Source: a virus
IMG/VR virus record: IMGVR_UViG_3300034073_003340
Location: 356,634 to 420,633 of that record
DNA length: 64,000 nucleotides
Reading direction: 5' to 3' (one strand)
A program made the position numbers and the translations under genes. This document shows positions 44,395-54,737 of the stretch, piece after piece. The first letter of the stretch is position 1. Every line of letters begins with the position of its first letter. The notes under the pieces were generated by a model that saw nothing but the letters and a program-made list of their open reading frames with translations, searched no databases and was not told where the DNA came from.

Positions 44395-46062
44395 TTAGCG
44401 CTCTGAGACCTTCTTTGTGATCACCTTTGGTGAGGTTTTCTTATTGGAGCGGGCATCGTTATCAAATTCCTCAAGAGAACCATATTCAAATTCAGCTTGT
44501 TTGATTATTTCACCATCAAGTTTGGGATCTCCAAATAGTTTTGCGCAAACTGCTTTGATGACCTGATTGATGTGGGACTGTGGGTTTCTCTTGATGGTTG
44601 CCCTCACGACTCTCAGCGCATGGGCTATCTGTCCTACCGTAAGCTTATAGCCTTTCATCATGCGTTCATTGACTTCTTCATCTTGGGTCTCGGCATGAAT
44701 AGCTTCAAAAAAGCCCTTAGACAGCTCTTCTAGGCGTGCTCTGGTTTCGTGGACTGTAGGTGTAGAGGAAACCGGAGAGGCCCCGTGACGGACTCCTGCG
44801 AGTCTCTGAGCTTCCATGATTTGCTGTTGGAAGAATACTTCCTCGGTAGTCTCATCAACAATTTCTTCAACAGTTTCAGAATTAGCATCTTCATAGAACT
44901 GACGATACTCACCGATGGGCAAGACGTCGATGCCAAGAACATAGGCACCTTCTGACAATGATACGGGGATGGTTCCTGCGGATACTTGGGCAGCAACAGC
45001 GCGGGCCGAGCCATAATCAGCAAAACCTTCTTGGACTAGAATCGTTTCAGTCCCAGCGGTTGCCCAGCTTGGATTCACAGCCGAACCAATGTTCTCCATG
45101 ATCTGCGTGTGGACGACGACCACAAAATTATTGGCTTCCATTACTGCTTCCTCCTCTGATAGTTCTTCTTCAATGCCGGCCTCACAAACAGGGAGGTCCA
45201 AATTATCATCAAACAGATCAACATCAGGTCTGTTATTTTCCTGAATAGTATCTTCATAGAACTGGTCCTCCACATCGGTAAGGAGGGCATCAGTCTCCAT
45301 GATATATTTCAAAGCACGAGCACGAAATTCATCTTCAGACAATAGACCGAAATCGTGCATATAGGGTGTTCCCTGATAGTGCTTATAGCCCAGACTCAAC
45401 ACGGTGTTGACATCAGCACCCTCGCCTAGACCACCCCATTCAAGACATTCCTGTAGGTCTCCACGGTTCAAGCCTTCAGCTATTTCACTTAGACCTTCTG
45501 CTAGGCTTTCTGAGACTTTTCGAGCCACCATGATTGGGCTTTTGATGTTTTTGCCCAATAAGCCGCGCCTTTTGAAATCAGCATATGTTTCTTGGCGAGC
45601 CAACATCGCATGACTTTTAGAAGCACTAAAAGCAATGACCTGAAAATGCTCCATGTCAAATTCAGTACAGCCGCCATACATCGTTGTTGGCTTAAAGGTT
45701 ACGCTCTTGAAAGCTTTGATGGCTTCATTTTTGTTAGAGTAACCCAACATGACTTTGTCTTCATCAAACTTGGATCCATCAACAGTCATTTGGTGCATGA
45801 CGTATACTTTGGCATCCTTCTTTGGATTCTTCCTGACATAACAATCCAAATGCTCACCATCTGGACTGTGTGTTCCTTTGATATAACCATAGTGGGCCGG
45901 TACCTTGACTGCCCATTCCTCACCAGTCTTTTTGTTTTTGCCTCTTCTGAATCCGTCGGCAGGAACTTCAATGCTAATATCCAGTCCTTCGAAGTTCATA
46001 TGGCGGTGAAGCTTGGCTTCATTAAGGCTTCTAATAAAGTCCATTACCAGAGTATCCTCCAT
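44395..46062 (-). CDS. Hypothetical protein
   Basis: 555-aa ORF, acidic central region. Confidence 0.45.
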   Translation of the reverse strand: MEDTLVMDFIRSLNEAKLHRHMNFEGLDISIEVPADGFRRGKNKKTGEEWAVKVPAHYGYIKGTHSPDGEHLDCYVRKNPKKDAKVYVMHQMTVDGSKFDEDKVMLGYSNKNEAIKAFKSVTFKPTTMYGGCTEFDMEHFQVIAFSASKSHAMLARQETYADFKRRGLLGKNIKSPIMVARKVSESLAEGLSEIAEGLNRGDLQECLEWGGLGEGADVNTVLSLGYKHYQGTPYMHDFGLLSEDEFRARALKYIMETDALLTDVEDQFYEDTIQENNRPDVDLFDDNLDLPVCEAGIEEELSEEEAVMEANNFVVVVHTQIMENIGSAVNPSWATAGTETILVQEGFADYGSARAVAAQVSAGTIPVSLSEGAYVLGIDVLPIGEYRQFYEDANSETVEEIVDETTEEVFFQQQIMEAQRLAGVRHGASPVSSTPTVHETRARLEELSKGFFEAIHAETQDEEVNERMMKGYKLTVGQIAHALRVVRATIKRNPQSHINQVIKAVCAKLFGDPKLDGEIIKQAEFEYGSLEEFDNDARSNKKTSPKVITKKVSER

Positions 46063-46394
46063 TTAAAGGTGTTACCAGTGTTGGCCTTCAGGGGTGTCAC
46101 TTGATAACCTAGATCCACAAATGTCTTGCGGACGATGTTAATCTGTTCGGTCAAAGTTCTGATGTTGACATCGGTGAAAAGAGTTGCGAAATAGTCGCTT
46201 GGATCAATCACATCTTCATTTTGGTAATTCACATCCAATGGATTTGTCATTGGACTATTTGAAATTTCAACCTCATATTCGCCCTGTTCTATCGCTTGAT
46301 AGATTGCTTGCTCGATGGCTCTGATTTCCGCGTGAATGATTAGATTATTGCGGGAACCTGCTCTTGCTTCTGCTGCGGTAGGAAAGGTGCTCAT
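46044..46394 (-). CDS. Hypothetical protein
   Basis: 116-aa ORF coupled to its neighbours. Confidence 0.4.
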   Translation of the reverse strand: MSTFPTAAEARAGSRNNLIIHAEIRAIEQAIYQAIEQGEYEVEISNSPMTNPLDVNYQNEDVIDPSDYFATLFTDVNIRTLTEQINIVRKTFVDLGYQVTPLKANTGNTFKWRILW

Positions 46395-46756
46395 TCGCTA
46401 TTATTCCTTTCTACGGAACGAAGGGCCGCTGAACGAATATTCTTTTCATCCTTTTCAGCTTGCTTTTGATCAACCTGACGGCCGGCCGTCGGATTTTCCC
46501 AAAATATAGTCATTTGTCCAGTTTCTGGGTCTGTTTCAATCTTGATACCCTTGGTATTAGCAAGAGCTTGATTCACCAAATCAGATTCCAAACGAAAGCC
46601 TTCAAAGTCTGGTGATTTGTTTAGCTGATCGATTACCTGCTGAACGGTAATACTGTCCATGCCTTGTGCCTTTAACGGCGCGATGATATCCATGATATAG
46701 CTCTTGGCCATAGTCACGACACTCATCTCTTCTGTAACTATCTCGTTCCAGCGCAT
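46391..46756 (-). CDS. Hypothetical protein
   Basis: 121-aa ORF. Confidence 0.4.
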   Translation of the reverse strand: MRWNEIVTEEMSVVTMAKSYIMDIIAPLKAQGMDSITVQQVIDQLNKSPDFEGFRLESDLVNQALANTKGIKIETDPETGQMTIFWENPTAGRQVDQKQAEKDEKNIRSAALRSVERNNSE

Positions 46757-46837
46757 AAACGTCTCCTAATTTCATACTATTTACCGTATATCGTTCAGAG
46801 ACAGCGAAGCCCTGGATTTCTCCAGGGCTTCACTATT

Positions 46838-48979
46838 TTACTTTTCAGAAGCTTCGCTATCCGATTCGTTGTTCTTTACAAATGGATTGCCCTTTGACTT
46901 CTTGGCCTTTGGCTTTTCAGTTTTTGGCTCTTCTTTTGGGGCTTCTTCAGCCGTTGGGGCTTCTTCAACCTTTGGTTCAGGAGCACCACCTTCAGTCTTA
47001 GCGGGGCCACTTGGATTTGCCTTGAGCTTTCCGTAATCGGTAGAAAACGGTTCTCCCTTGTACTGACCCATGGTATCAACTGGCCAATGCGCGGCGTTGA
47101 TGTTTTCATCCAGTTCTTGGCTACTTTCGTCAGTTACGCCTTGAATGTCAACATTGCCTTCATGCTTGTCGGCCCACGCCATGTATGCGGCACCATTCTT
47201 AAACGTCTTATCAAAACGCTTATTATTCATGCCCATTAGACCATAAGCACGAACCTTGCCTACCCAACCACCGTTTGGATCTTCAGATTCATTCATACCG
47301 GTCTGTTTGTCGTCAGATACAAGGCTTGCTGCCTTCTGCGCAAAGTCACCAGCATTCTTAGGAGCGTTGCCATCCTTTTTCAACTGATTAAGAATCTTAG
47401 TAGCAGCGGTGCGTTCTTGACCAGTTAGACCAGTCATAGCACTTGAAACACTCTTTGTGGCTGCGGTTTTATCGTTCCCCATGGCGCTTCCCAGCTTGGC
47501 TAGGGCAGAGTTTCCATTTTTCTTGTCCATTGGATTCAGAGTGGAAAACTCACGAAGCTTTGAAACACTATAGGCAGCTGGTTTCATTCCAAATTCGGAA
47601 ACAAATGCTTCTACCACAATAGCTTCTAGGTCTTCGCTTCCTTCAACTAGATTCTTACCAGCTAGATAAGAAACGGCTTCTTTTACAGCCTTGGCAGCAT
47701 TGCCTTTGTTTTCGCGCTTGATTGAAGCCTCAATCAATCTAGCAATAGCATGGGCCGCAATAACGGTCTCATCTAGTTTGTCATCACCCTTGCGCTTGCG
47801 AGCACTTTTGCGTTCAACATCTTTGGACTTCTTTTCCCAAGAATCTTCGTCATCGTTGGCCTTGTAGGTTTTTCCTTCGTCAACCTTGTCGTCGCCCTTG
47901 CGTCTACGAGCAGCCTTGCGTTCAACATCTCTGGATCTAACATCGTCCATATCAGCATCTTCGCCACGCTTGTAGGTCTTTCCCTCATTGACAGATTCTG
48001 ACCAATACCAACCATCTTCTTTCTTCATGATCGAGAAGTTGGTTCCTTCGGACCCGCCGCCAATTTCACTCTTGGCGTCAGCTCTGGCGGCCATTTTACT
48101 ACTGAATGGACCATAGCAATCAGACTTGCCGGCTCTTGATTCAACAAGGCCGAGATCAGGCGTACGGTCTTGAGTAAAGGTTGGTTCAGCAAGTTGAACC
48201 ATTGCTGCCATACCGTGCTTCTTTTTGCCAATCCAACCTGCTAGTTTCGCAGGATCGCTTGCTGCTTTTTGAGCAATGCTGGTAGCAAATGATCTAAAAT
48301 GTTCTTCTGGCATGCCTGCCGCTGCCTCATTTAGAACCCAACTAATAAGAGAGCTCAAACCCTCTTCCTTAATTAGTCTACGACCGGCAGATTCAAGGAT
48401 AAGAGACTCATTGAGGGCTTTTCCGCCTTCAACTGATTCTTTACGCGCACGACCCAGTGGTTCGTCTTCTGGACCCGCAGCCGCATCAGCTGCTCCAAAA
48501 TCATCCATTGCTGCGTCAACGGCATCAGCGTCATCTGCCGGTGCCATTTCATCCGACGAAGCCATTTCATCAGATGCCATATCATTTGCTGGAATTTTAC
48601 CTTCCAGCTTTAGAACAGCATTACCCAGTTCATCTTTTGCGTGACGGACCGTATTCATAGCGTCTGAAATTGCTTCCTGAGAAGTGACTTCAAAGGTATG
48701 AGCGGCTTCTGGTCCAAAGGCGCCCTTCATCTTATCAACAAGAGGAAATAGATCCTGGGCATTCATCTTTGCTAGATCTTCAGCCATGTTCTGAAGCTTG
48801 TGCATCAGATCCTGGGCCGCTAGGATAAGTTCAGCCTGGTCCAGGTCGTTCTCTAGTAGAGTTGACAAGCTAACTGGCTTAGCAGCTTCTTCAAGCTGAC
48901 GAGCCTTCATGAGAGCAGCCTGCGTTCGAGCAAACTCCTCCTTGATCGCCAGCAGCCTTTTCATTTTGGTGTCTGTCAT
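46838..48979 (-). CDS. Large Ala/Asp/Lys-rich protein with an internal tandem duplication; putative virion-associated or internal protein
   Basis: Two near-identical units of about 45 aa: EGKTYK(R/A)..D(A/E)D...(R/K)DVERK(A/S)ARRRKGDDK(V/L)DE. Confidence 0.5.
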   Translation of the reverse strand: MTDTKMKRLLAIKEEFARTQAALMKARQLEEAAKPVSLSTLLENDLDQAELILAAQDLMHKLQNMAEDLAKMNAQDLFPLVDKMKGAFGPEAAHTFEVTSQEAISDAMNTVRHAKDELGNAVLKLEGKIPANDMASDEMASSDEMAPADDADAVDAAMDDFGAADAAAGPEDEPLGRARKESVEGGKALNESLILESAGRRLIKEEGLSSLISWVLNEAAAGMPEEHFRSFATSIAQKAASDPAKLAGWIGKKKHGMAAMVQLAEPTFTQDRTPDLGLVESRAGKSDCYGPFSSKMAARADAKSEIGGGSEGTNFSIMKKEDGWYWSESVNEGKTYKRGEDADMDDVRSRDVERKAARRRKGDDKVDEGKTYKANDDEDSWEKKSKDVERKSARKRKGDDKLDETVIAAHAIARLIEASIKRENKGNAAKAVKEAVSYLAGKNLVEGSEDLEAIVVEAFVSEFGMKPAAYSVSKLREFSTLNPMDKKNGNSALAKLGSAMGNDKTAATKSVSSAMTGLTGQERTAATKILNQLKKDGNAPKNAGDFAQKAASLVSDDKQTGMNESEDPNGGWVGKVRAYGLMGMNNKRFDKTFKNGAAYMAWADKHEGNVDIQGVTDESSQELDENINAAHWPVDTMGQYKGEPFSTDYGKLKANPSGPAKTEGGAPEPKVEEAPTAEEAPKEEPKTEKPKAKKSKGNPFVKNNESDSEASEK

Positions 48980-48991
48980 ATGGTTTGCTCC

Positions 48992-49348
48992 TTACGCGGA
49001 AGTCTTCTTGGATCGCTTGATACGCTTTGGGGCAACTTCGCTAAGAAAGATGCCAATTGCTTCCTGGATTAAAACAGCTTTGGTGTAAGATGGATCATTG
49101 TTGTAGGAGTTAAAAGCAGACTCCTTGACAATTCTGCTGCGTTCAAGACCATACATCTCATAGATGCTTTGGAGTTGAGCCAAGCTTTCGGCAGCATCAA
49201 AATCTATCGTCAATCCGTAGAGCGACTCAAGGACGGTTAAAACCCTTGAGAGACGATAACTTGCGCTGGTGTTGAGTTCATCAATAACCATGGCATCCTT
49301 CCAGGTAGGTAAGCTGCGATATTCTGTATATTTAGTCAGGTAAGTCAT
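48992..49348 (-). CDS. Hypothetical protein
   Basis: 118-aa ORF. Confidence 0.4.
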   Translation of the reverse strand: MTYLTKYTEYRSLPTWKDAMVIDELNTSASYRLSRVLTVLESLYGLTIDFDAAESLAQLQSIYEMYGLERSRIVKESAFNSYNNDPSYTKAVLIQEAIGIFLSEVAPKRIKRSKKTSA

Positions 49349-49395
49349 TCAGTCAGCAAGATGTTACTGGCTACCTACCAGTAACAATCTATTGC

Positions 49396-50103
49396 TCAAC
49401 GGAGAGATTCTAATATGCTCTTGATTTGATCCTGGGCTACCAGAGCATTGGCTTTTGCCACATTGAATCTATTTTTGAAAACTTCGGCCGCCGCCGTTTC
49501 GTTCAATTCCATAGAACGAGTATAGCGAGCTTTATGCTTTGCCGTTTCAAGACGATTTCGATTAAAATCTTCTTCCAAATCAATAACTTCTTGAACTCTA
49601 GAAGAATCAAAGCTCAAACCTTTGTTCATAAGCTTCATAATAGCTTGAGCTGACTCCTGAAGTCTCAGATTGCTCACAACATCGCGACGATTACTATCCA
49701 CTACATTGTAGGTTCTAATCTCTTTGCCATTGCTCTCTTTTAGAGAGATCAGAACTTCAAAAGAACCAGGGCTAGTTTTCTGTGCCAAACTAGTTTCAGT
49801 TAGGGTAGTTCGACCAACAGTAGGGGAAGCCTGTTCTGAAATCTGATCCTCGCCGCTTATGTTGTTGAGTTTGGCAAGGATATTTTTCATAGCATCTATG
49901 TCTTCTCGACTAGTGCCAATTGAAGGAGAGTAATGAGCAGTATTATGACTTTCTCTCAGAGGCTGGTTTCCACCAGTGTAAAAGGCTTGCTGGGGCTGCT
50001 GAACGGCCGGAACATTCGTGCCCTCCATAATGGCTCTCAGTCTGGCCATTTCCTGGATATCTCGAGCACTAGGCATGTTTGAGGGAATTAGATCGTTTGA
50101 CAT
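49396..50103 (-). CDS. Hypothetical protein
   Basis: 235-aa ORF. Confidence 0.4.
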   Translation of the reverse strand: MSNDLIPSNMPSARDIQEMARLRAIMEGTNVPAVQQPQQAFYTGGNQPLRESHNTAHYSPSIGTSREDIDAMKNILAKLNNISGEDQISEQASPTVGRTTLTETSLAQKTSPGSFEVLISLKESNGKEIRTYNVVDSNRRDVVSNLRLQESAQAIMKLMNKGLSFDSSRVQEVIDLEEDFNRNRLETAKHKARYTRSMELNETAAAEVFKNRFNVAKANALVAQDQIKSILESLR

Positions 50104-50104
50104 T

Positions 50105-50368
50105 TTATCTCCAAAGGTCCTCTAGACCACTTACAACATAAAAGAGGGATCCTTCACGTTGGGATCTTTCTAGAATACCCCTACTTACCATCTTTCTAGC
50201 AAGCTCTTTCTGTCGCTCATTGAGATCTTGTCTCTTAATGATTTGGCCTTCTTGTGATTCGATCATATCAAGTAATTCCTGTTCCTCACTGGAAACAGGA
50301 ATCTGAATTCCGCCTCGAATCTCTAGAAAACGCATCTTACTTCTTGCGACGTTCGCCGAGATAATCAC
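50105..50368 (-). CDS. Hypothetical protein
   Basis: 87-aa ORF. Confidence 0.35.
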   Translation of the reverse strand: MIISANVARSKMRFLEIRGGIQIPVSSEEQELLDMIESQEGQIIKRQDLNERQKELARKMVSRGILERSQREGSLFYVVSGLEDLWR

Positions 50369-51716
50369 GACCCATCATCTGAGCCTGATTTGTTAGATCC
50401 TGAAGCTTCTGGATAAGGGACTTATATTCAGAAAGACGAATATCAGCAAGCCCGGCCTGAATACTATTCAGGGCATCTTCAATTTGTGCCATTGCTTCGC
50501 TCTGTGAAGGAACGTTACCAACCGTCATGACCGGATCACTACCAACAGCACCGGGGATACCTGCGTCTGCGGGTAGATCCAAAGTTCCGGTAGTTTCTAC
50601 ATCATCAACTGGAACATCAAAAGAGAGATCTTCTGGCTCTTCCATCCCACCGTCCATATCGGCCATTGGTTCCTCTACTGGGTCAGCACCAATACCATCT
50701 AGTTCCATATCTACAATTTTGTCACCTACTGGACCAGCCGCGAGAACGCCTTCGGGATCAATTTCAGGTGCTTCTACGACTTCAATACCGGCAAAGTCGT
50801 CGTTTTCTAGTGGTAGACCTGCGAGTTCGCGCAGGCGGAATAGTGGATTCACTGGCTTCATCATGCCTATCACTCCCTCGTCTAAACGGCTTACTTCTGA
50901 TTCAGCAACCATTTCTAGTTGACCGTTCATGATAACACCGATGGTTCCATTAGGTCCGTGAGGAATTTTGATTTGGCCAACAGCTTCGCCGACCATAACG
51001 TCCTCACCAATTTCAAATTCGATCTCCTCATCAAAGCGAGGCTTGTGCTTGGCACCGCGTCCAAACTTGTCTACCTTGCGAGGGTCCTTACCGCCATCAT
51101 GCGCACCAGCACCACTACGGGTCTTTACCGCTGCGATTACAGGATTACGTGGCTTCATGAGTTCAATCTTTTTCTTGGCGTCTTTGGCGCGCTTTTCTGG
51201 CTTCTTGCTCATCTTTTCCTCTATTTCAACAGAATCGCGAACTGTCTGCTTTCTAAGGATTTCTGAGAGAGCTCGTCCAGTGCGATATGCCACGTTACGA
51301 TCACCACATTCAATACGGTAAGCAACAGGGCTGGTAGCCTGGTATTCTACCTGGTTTTCATCCAACCAGTCAAGAACTCTATCCCTGGTTTGTTCAGAAA
51401 CCTCAACGGAGTATGAAAATCCTTCATCAAGTTTTGTCATACATCCGAATGTCTCATCCAGGGTCTCGCCTGAACGTAGACTTTCAAACTTTGCGTTCAG
51501 ATAATCATCGCTCATTGTGGTTCTCCCCAGCTTGATACCATATTTACCAAGTAATTTTTCGGCTTCGACCTGGCCCTGATAGGGTCGGCTTGTGTTTTTG
51601 AAAGCTTGAACCAAATTCATAAGGTCATTGCCGTTTACTTCACCTTTGAAGCGCTCAGCAGCTTTTTCGTCTACTCCTCGACGAATCAGTTCATCGGCAA
51701 TATCCATCTTATCCAT
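50337..51716 (-). CDS. Hypothetical protein
   Basis: 459-aa ORF; acidic C-terminal half, a basic KKPEKRAKDAKKK segment. Confidence 0.45.
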   Translation of the reverse strand: MDKMDIADELIRRGVDEKAAERFKGEVNGNDLMNLVQAFKNTSRPYQGQVEAEKLLGKYGIKLGRTTMSDDYLNAKFESLRSGETLDETFGCMTKLDEGFSYSVEVSEQTRDRVLDWLDENQVEYQATSPVAYRIECGDRNVAYRTGRALSEILRKQTVRDSVEIEEKMSKKPEKRAKDAKKKIELMKPRNPVIAAVKTRSGAGAHDGGKDPRKVDKFGRGAKHKPRFDEEIEFEIGEDVMVGEAVGQIKIPHGPNGTIGVIMNGQLEMVAESEVSRLDEGVIGMMKPVNPLFRLRELAGLPLENDDFAGIEVVEAPEIDPEGVLAAGPVGDKIVDMELDGIGADPVEEPMADMDGGMEEPEDLSFDVPVDDVETTGTLDLPADAGIPGAVGSDPVMTVGNVPSQSEAMAQIEDALNSIQAGLADIRLSEYKSLIQKLQDLTNQAQMMGRDYLGERRKK

Positions 51717-52146
51717 GTTTCTTCGCCTTTTTGACTACAATGCGAGTCTTGATCTTCGGTCCACGAGATTCACGAATTATGCCGTCAAACTGACGAGCCC
51801 ATAACACTGATGCCTGTTCTAGGAACTTTCGTTCCTCAACAGATATAGAAAGAGGGTCGTCCCCAAAGAGCTCAGAAAGAGTCATTGATTTCTCACAATT
51901 AGGATATCCTTTGGTATTTAGCGTATCACTATCAAGTTGAACAGAATGTGGGTAGTTAAAGCAAGTGAGTGTATTCATTGGACTTTGAATAAATATCACG
52001 CAAGTCGCGTATCGGGAGACTACCTTCATGGGTGATATAATCAAGAGTGTAGTCGAGATGATCGCTAAAGGAGACGGAGGGGCTTTAACGGCTCTTCTCC
52101 TTGGTATCATTGGAGTCTTGGGTTGGTATTGTTTTCGCTTGACCAA
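51709..52146 (-). CDS. Hypothetical protein
   Basis: 145-aa ORF. Confidence 0.35.
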   Translation of the reverse strand: MVKRKQYQPKTPMIPRRRAVKAPPSPLAIISTTLLIISPMKVVSRYATCVIFIQSPMNTLTCFNYPHSVQLDSDTLNTKGYPNCEKSMTLSELFGDDPLSISVEERKFLEQASVLWARQFDGIIRESRGPKIKTRIVVKKAKKHG

Positions 52147-52273
52147 GCAATTGGAAAAGAAAGACGAAAAGATTTACAAGATTATCGATGACTATTCAAA
52201 AAACAACATTACCATAACTGAAGCCATGAATGGCCTCAAACTGGTTCTAATTGAGATCAAGGCAAAACTCTAA
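52028..52273 (+). CDS. Small single-TM protein coupled to the PAS sensor gene
   Basis: 81 aa with a hydrophobic LLLGIIGVLGWYCF segment; its stop overlaps the ATG of the PAS gene. Confidence 0.35.
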   Translation: MGDIIKSVVEMIAKGDGGALTALLLGIIGVLGWYCFRLTKQLEKKDEKIYKIIDDYSKNNITITEAMNGLKLVLIEIKAKL

Positions 52274-53943
52274 TGATGAAATGGCTGTTTGAAAGCAAAG
52301 AAGCTGCTGCCAAACGGACGTTGCGTGCTGAGACCTTGAAAGCGGCTCTGGAATCCAGTGAAGCTCTTGAAAAAGCCGCCAAAGGAACTTTGGATCTTGC
52401 GGCTGATGTAACAGAAACTCTGCAGGCCAGAATTGATGACTACACGACTCAAATTGATCAGACAGCAAGACTGCTGAATGACGCCCTGATGTTGGTAAGT
52501 CCAGAAGGCGAAATACAGAGTTATAATCCAGCAGCTGAATCCATGTTTGGCTGGAAAAAGAGGGAAGTAATTGGCAAGAAGATTAGTCTCCTTTTTCAAT
52601 TCCCAAAAGAAACCGAACTAGACGTTAGCTTCATGGAATCTCTGGTAACTCAGGTGAATACCAATGACGAGTTTACCAGTGTAAATTATGAAGATTTCAT
52701 GGGTATACGAAAAGACGGTAGTATCATCTACATAGACGTCTCCGCTAGTAAAGTGGTTCGCAGCGACAAAAAAGTTTACTATATCATGTTGGTCAGAGAT
52801 GTCACACATCAGGTCAACAATAGCAAAATGATTCGAGAATTAGCTGAGCATAATCAAGAACTACTCACTACGATTGATGCGTCTAGCACCGGATTTATGA
52901 TTCTCAATCCAGATGGTTCTGACTTCAGTATAAGCTTTGTAAATGAAGGATTTGCCAAGCTTATTGGTTTCAAACGATCCGCTATAAAAAAGATGAATCT
53001 CAGGGATCTGTTTGGAACAGATTCTACCTTCTGGACCATTCGCAGAACTTTGCTTGAAGGTGTTGAAGGACGTCACGAAATACAGTTTGATATCGGGGTC
53101 AGCCAGACGGTTGTTTTCGAGGTCCATTTGACACCAGTGAAGAAGGGACCCAATCCGGTTCAATGGATATTGGTTTTCTATGAAACAACTGAGCTAAAGA
53201 AAGCCTATCAAGAACTTGGAAAAAGCCAAGCTACATTCAAAGCATTCAGTGACGCTAGCTCTGAAAGTTTGATCATCCATGACCATACACGCCTAATGGA
53301 ATGGAACGACAGGGTCATACTCTTGACAGGATATTCAGACTCGGAACTTGAAACTATGAATCCTTCTGATTTACTTCATCCTCTTGAAAGAGAGAGAATG
53401 TTGTTCAAGAAGAATGAAGTCGAAGATTCCTCATACGAGACCCTGTTCCTCACCAAGAGCGGTGAAGTAAAGGATGTGGCAATCAACAGTAAGCCAATTG
53501 AATGGGACAATACCGAGGCCCGAATTGCTATCGTCAGAGACGTCACAGCATTCAAGGATGTAGAAACTCAACTCAAAACATCAAGAGAGCGATATAAGAC
53601 AGTAGTGGACAACACCATTGATCTCATTGTTTGCTTTAATAAAGACTTTGAAATTACTTTTTCAAATCAAACATTTCGTGATTACTTTGATGTAGAGGTT
53701 GAAGATATAAACGGGTTCAGTCTCTTGGAGATCATACCTGAGTCAGACCACCAGAAATTCATCAAATATATGTTGGAAGTTCTACCGGGCCAAGAGATTC
53801 GCCGCGGAGTTCATAGGGTCAAGAGACATGACGAGATACGCTGGCAGGACTGGATCGATCGAGGAATTTTTGATGAAGAAGGTATCTTGATAGAAGTTCA
53901 AAGCGTCATACGTGACATCACACATCTGATTCCCAGTCAATAA
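52273..53943 (+). CDS. Multi-PAS-domain sensor protein (about four PAS/PAC repeats, no kinase or output domain seen)
   Basis: Repeated PAS signatures, e.g. SPEGEIQSYNPAAESMFGWKKREVIGKKISLLF, FMILNPDGSDFSISFVNEGFAKLIGF, and IDLIVCFNKDFEITFSNQTFRDYFDV. Confidence 0.7.
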   Translation: MMKWLFESKEAAAKRTLRAETLKAALESSEALEKAAKGTLDLAADVTETLQARIDDYTTQIDQTARLLNDALMLVSPEGEIQSYNPAAESMFGWKKREVIGKKISLLFQFPKETELDVSFMESLVTQVNTNDEFTSVNYEDFMGIRKDGSIIYIDVSASKVVRSDKKVYYIMLVRDVTHQVNNSKMIRELAEHNQELLTTIDASSTGFMILNPDGSDFSISFVNEGFAKLIGFKRSAIKKMNLRDLFGTDSTFWTIRRTLLEGVEGRHEIQFDIGVSQTVVFEVHLTPVKKGPNPVQWILVFYETTELKKAYQELGKSQATFKAFSDASSESLIIHDHTRLMEWNDRVILLTGYSDSELETMNPSDLLHPLERERMLFKKNEVEDSSYETLFLTKSGEVKDVAINSKPIEWDNTEARIAIVRDVTAFKDVETQLKTSRERYKTVVDNTIDLIVCFNKDFEITFSNQTFRDYFDVEVEDINGFSLLEIIPESDHQKFIKYMLEVLPGQEIRRGVHRVKRHDEIRWQDWIDRGIFDEEGILIEVQSVIRDITHLIPSQ

Positions 53944-54093
53944 CACTTGACCCCAGAGTTCTAGATGCTATCTCTTTGATTAGAGGAGACGCACATGGAA
54001 ATTATCAAACGCGGAATCTATACTATCATCATTGATCGGGAACATGAACGACGGGCAATCGAGGCAATTCGAGCTCGCAAGTCTTCCTGACGC

Positions 54094-54127
54094 AAAAGAG
54101 CCCCGGAGTTTCCCCCGGGGCTCTTTT
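54094..54127. terminator. Bidirectional terminator: 13-bp stem AAAAGAGCCCCGG/CCGGGGCTCTTTT with loop AGTTTCCC
   Basis: Seen directly; followed by TTTTTTAGAT, and it shares the AGTTTCCC loop core with the 27164 and 29096 hairpins. Confidence 0.65.
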
Positions 54128-54145
54128 TTAGATCCTAATCAAGGA

Positions 54146-54490
54146 TTAGAAATCAGCAGCAGCTACCACGAAAGTGGCAGTTGAGGCACCAGTTGCGCGA
54201 AGCGCAGCCTGGCCAGCAGCATTGAAGTCTGCCAGAGTGTTTGGAGCAACCGAAGTTCCGAAAACATCAGCGTGCTCAACAGCAAACGCAAAACCAGTTG
54301 CGGTTACTGCGCCCAGGATAACTGGCTGTGCGCGAGTAGAGATGATTTCGATAACCTTGTCCAGGTTAGAAGTGCCGTTAGCAGGATCAGCGGTCAGGTC
54401 AAAGTTAGAAACAGTGACAGTGTAACGCTTAACTGCGCCGGACAGGAACTGGTCATTGCCAGAAGCGAAGCCGTTTACTTTCTCAGTCAT
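54146..54490 (-). CDS. Hypothetical protein (Ala/Thr/Gly-rich, possibly structural)
   Basis: 114-aa ORF. Confidence 0.4.
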   Translation of the reverse strand: MTEKVNGFASGNDQFLSGAVKRYTVTVSNFDLTADPANGTSNLDKVIEIISTRAQPVILGAVTATGFAFAVEHADVFGTSVAPNTLADFNAAGQAALRATGASTATFVVAAADF

Positions 54491-54737
54491 AGTGAATTCT
54501 CCTATAGAGAGTTTCTGTTAGAAGTATTTATCTAAGAGCATCTTTTAGCGACGTAAAACTGTTGGTTTGGTATGAGGCTTACGCTTCTTCTCAGCAGCGT
54601 CATAGATACCCTTATGCCCATTTGAATCGAATCCTGCACCAATGGCACCCACCGAGGTTGCCACTGCGCCTGCGGCTGTAGCACCGCTGCTAGCAGTTTC
54701 TAAAATTGGTTTACCTACAATCTCACTCCATCGCATA

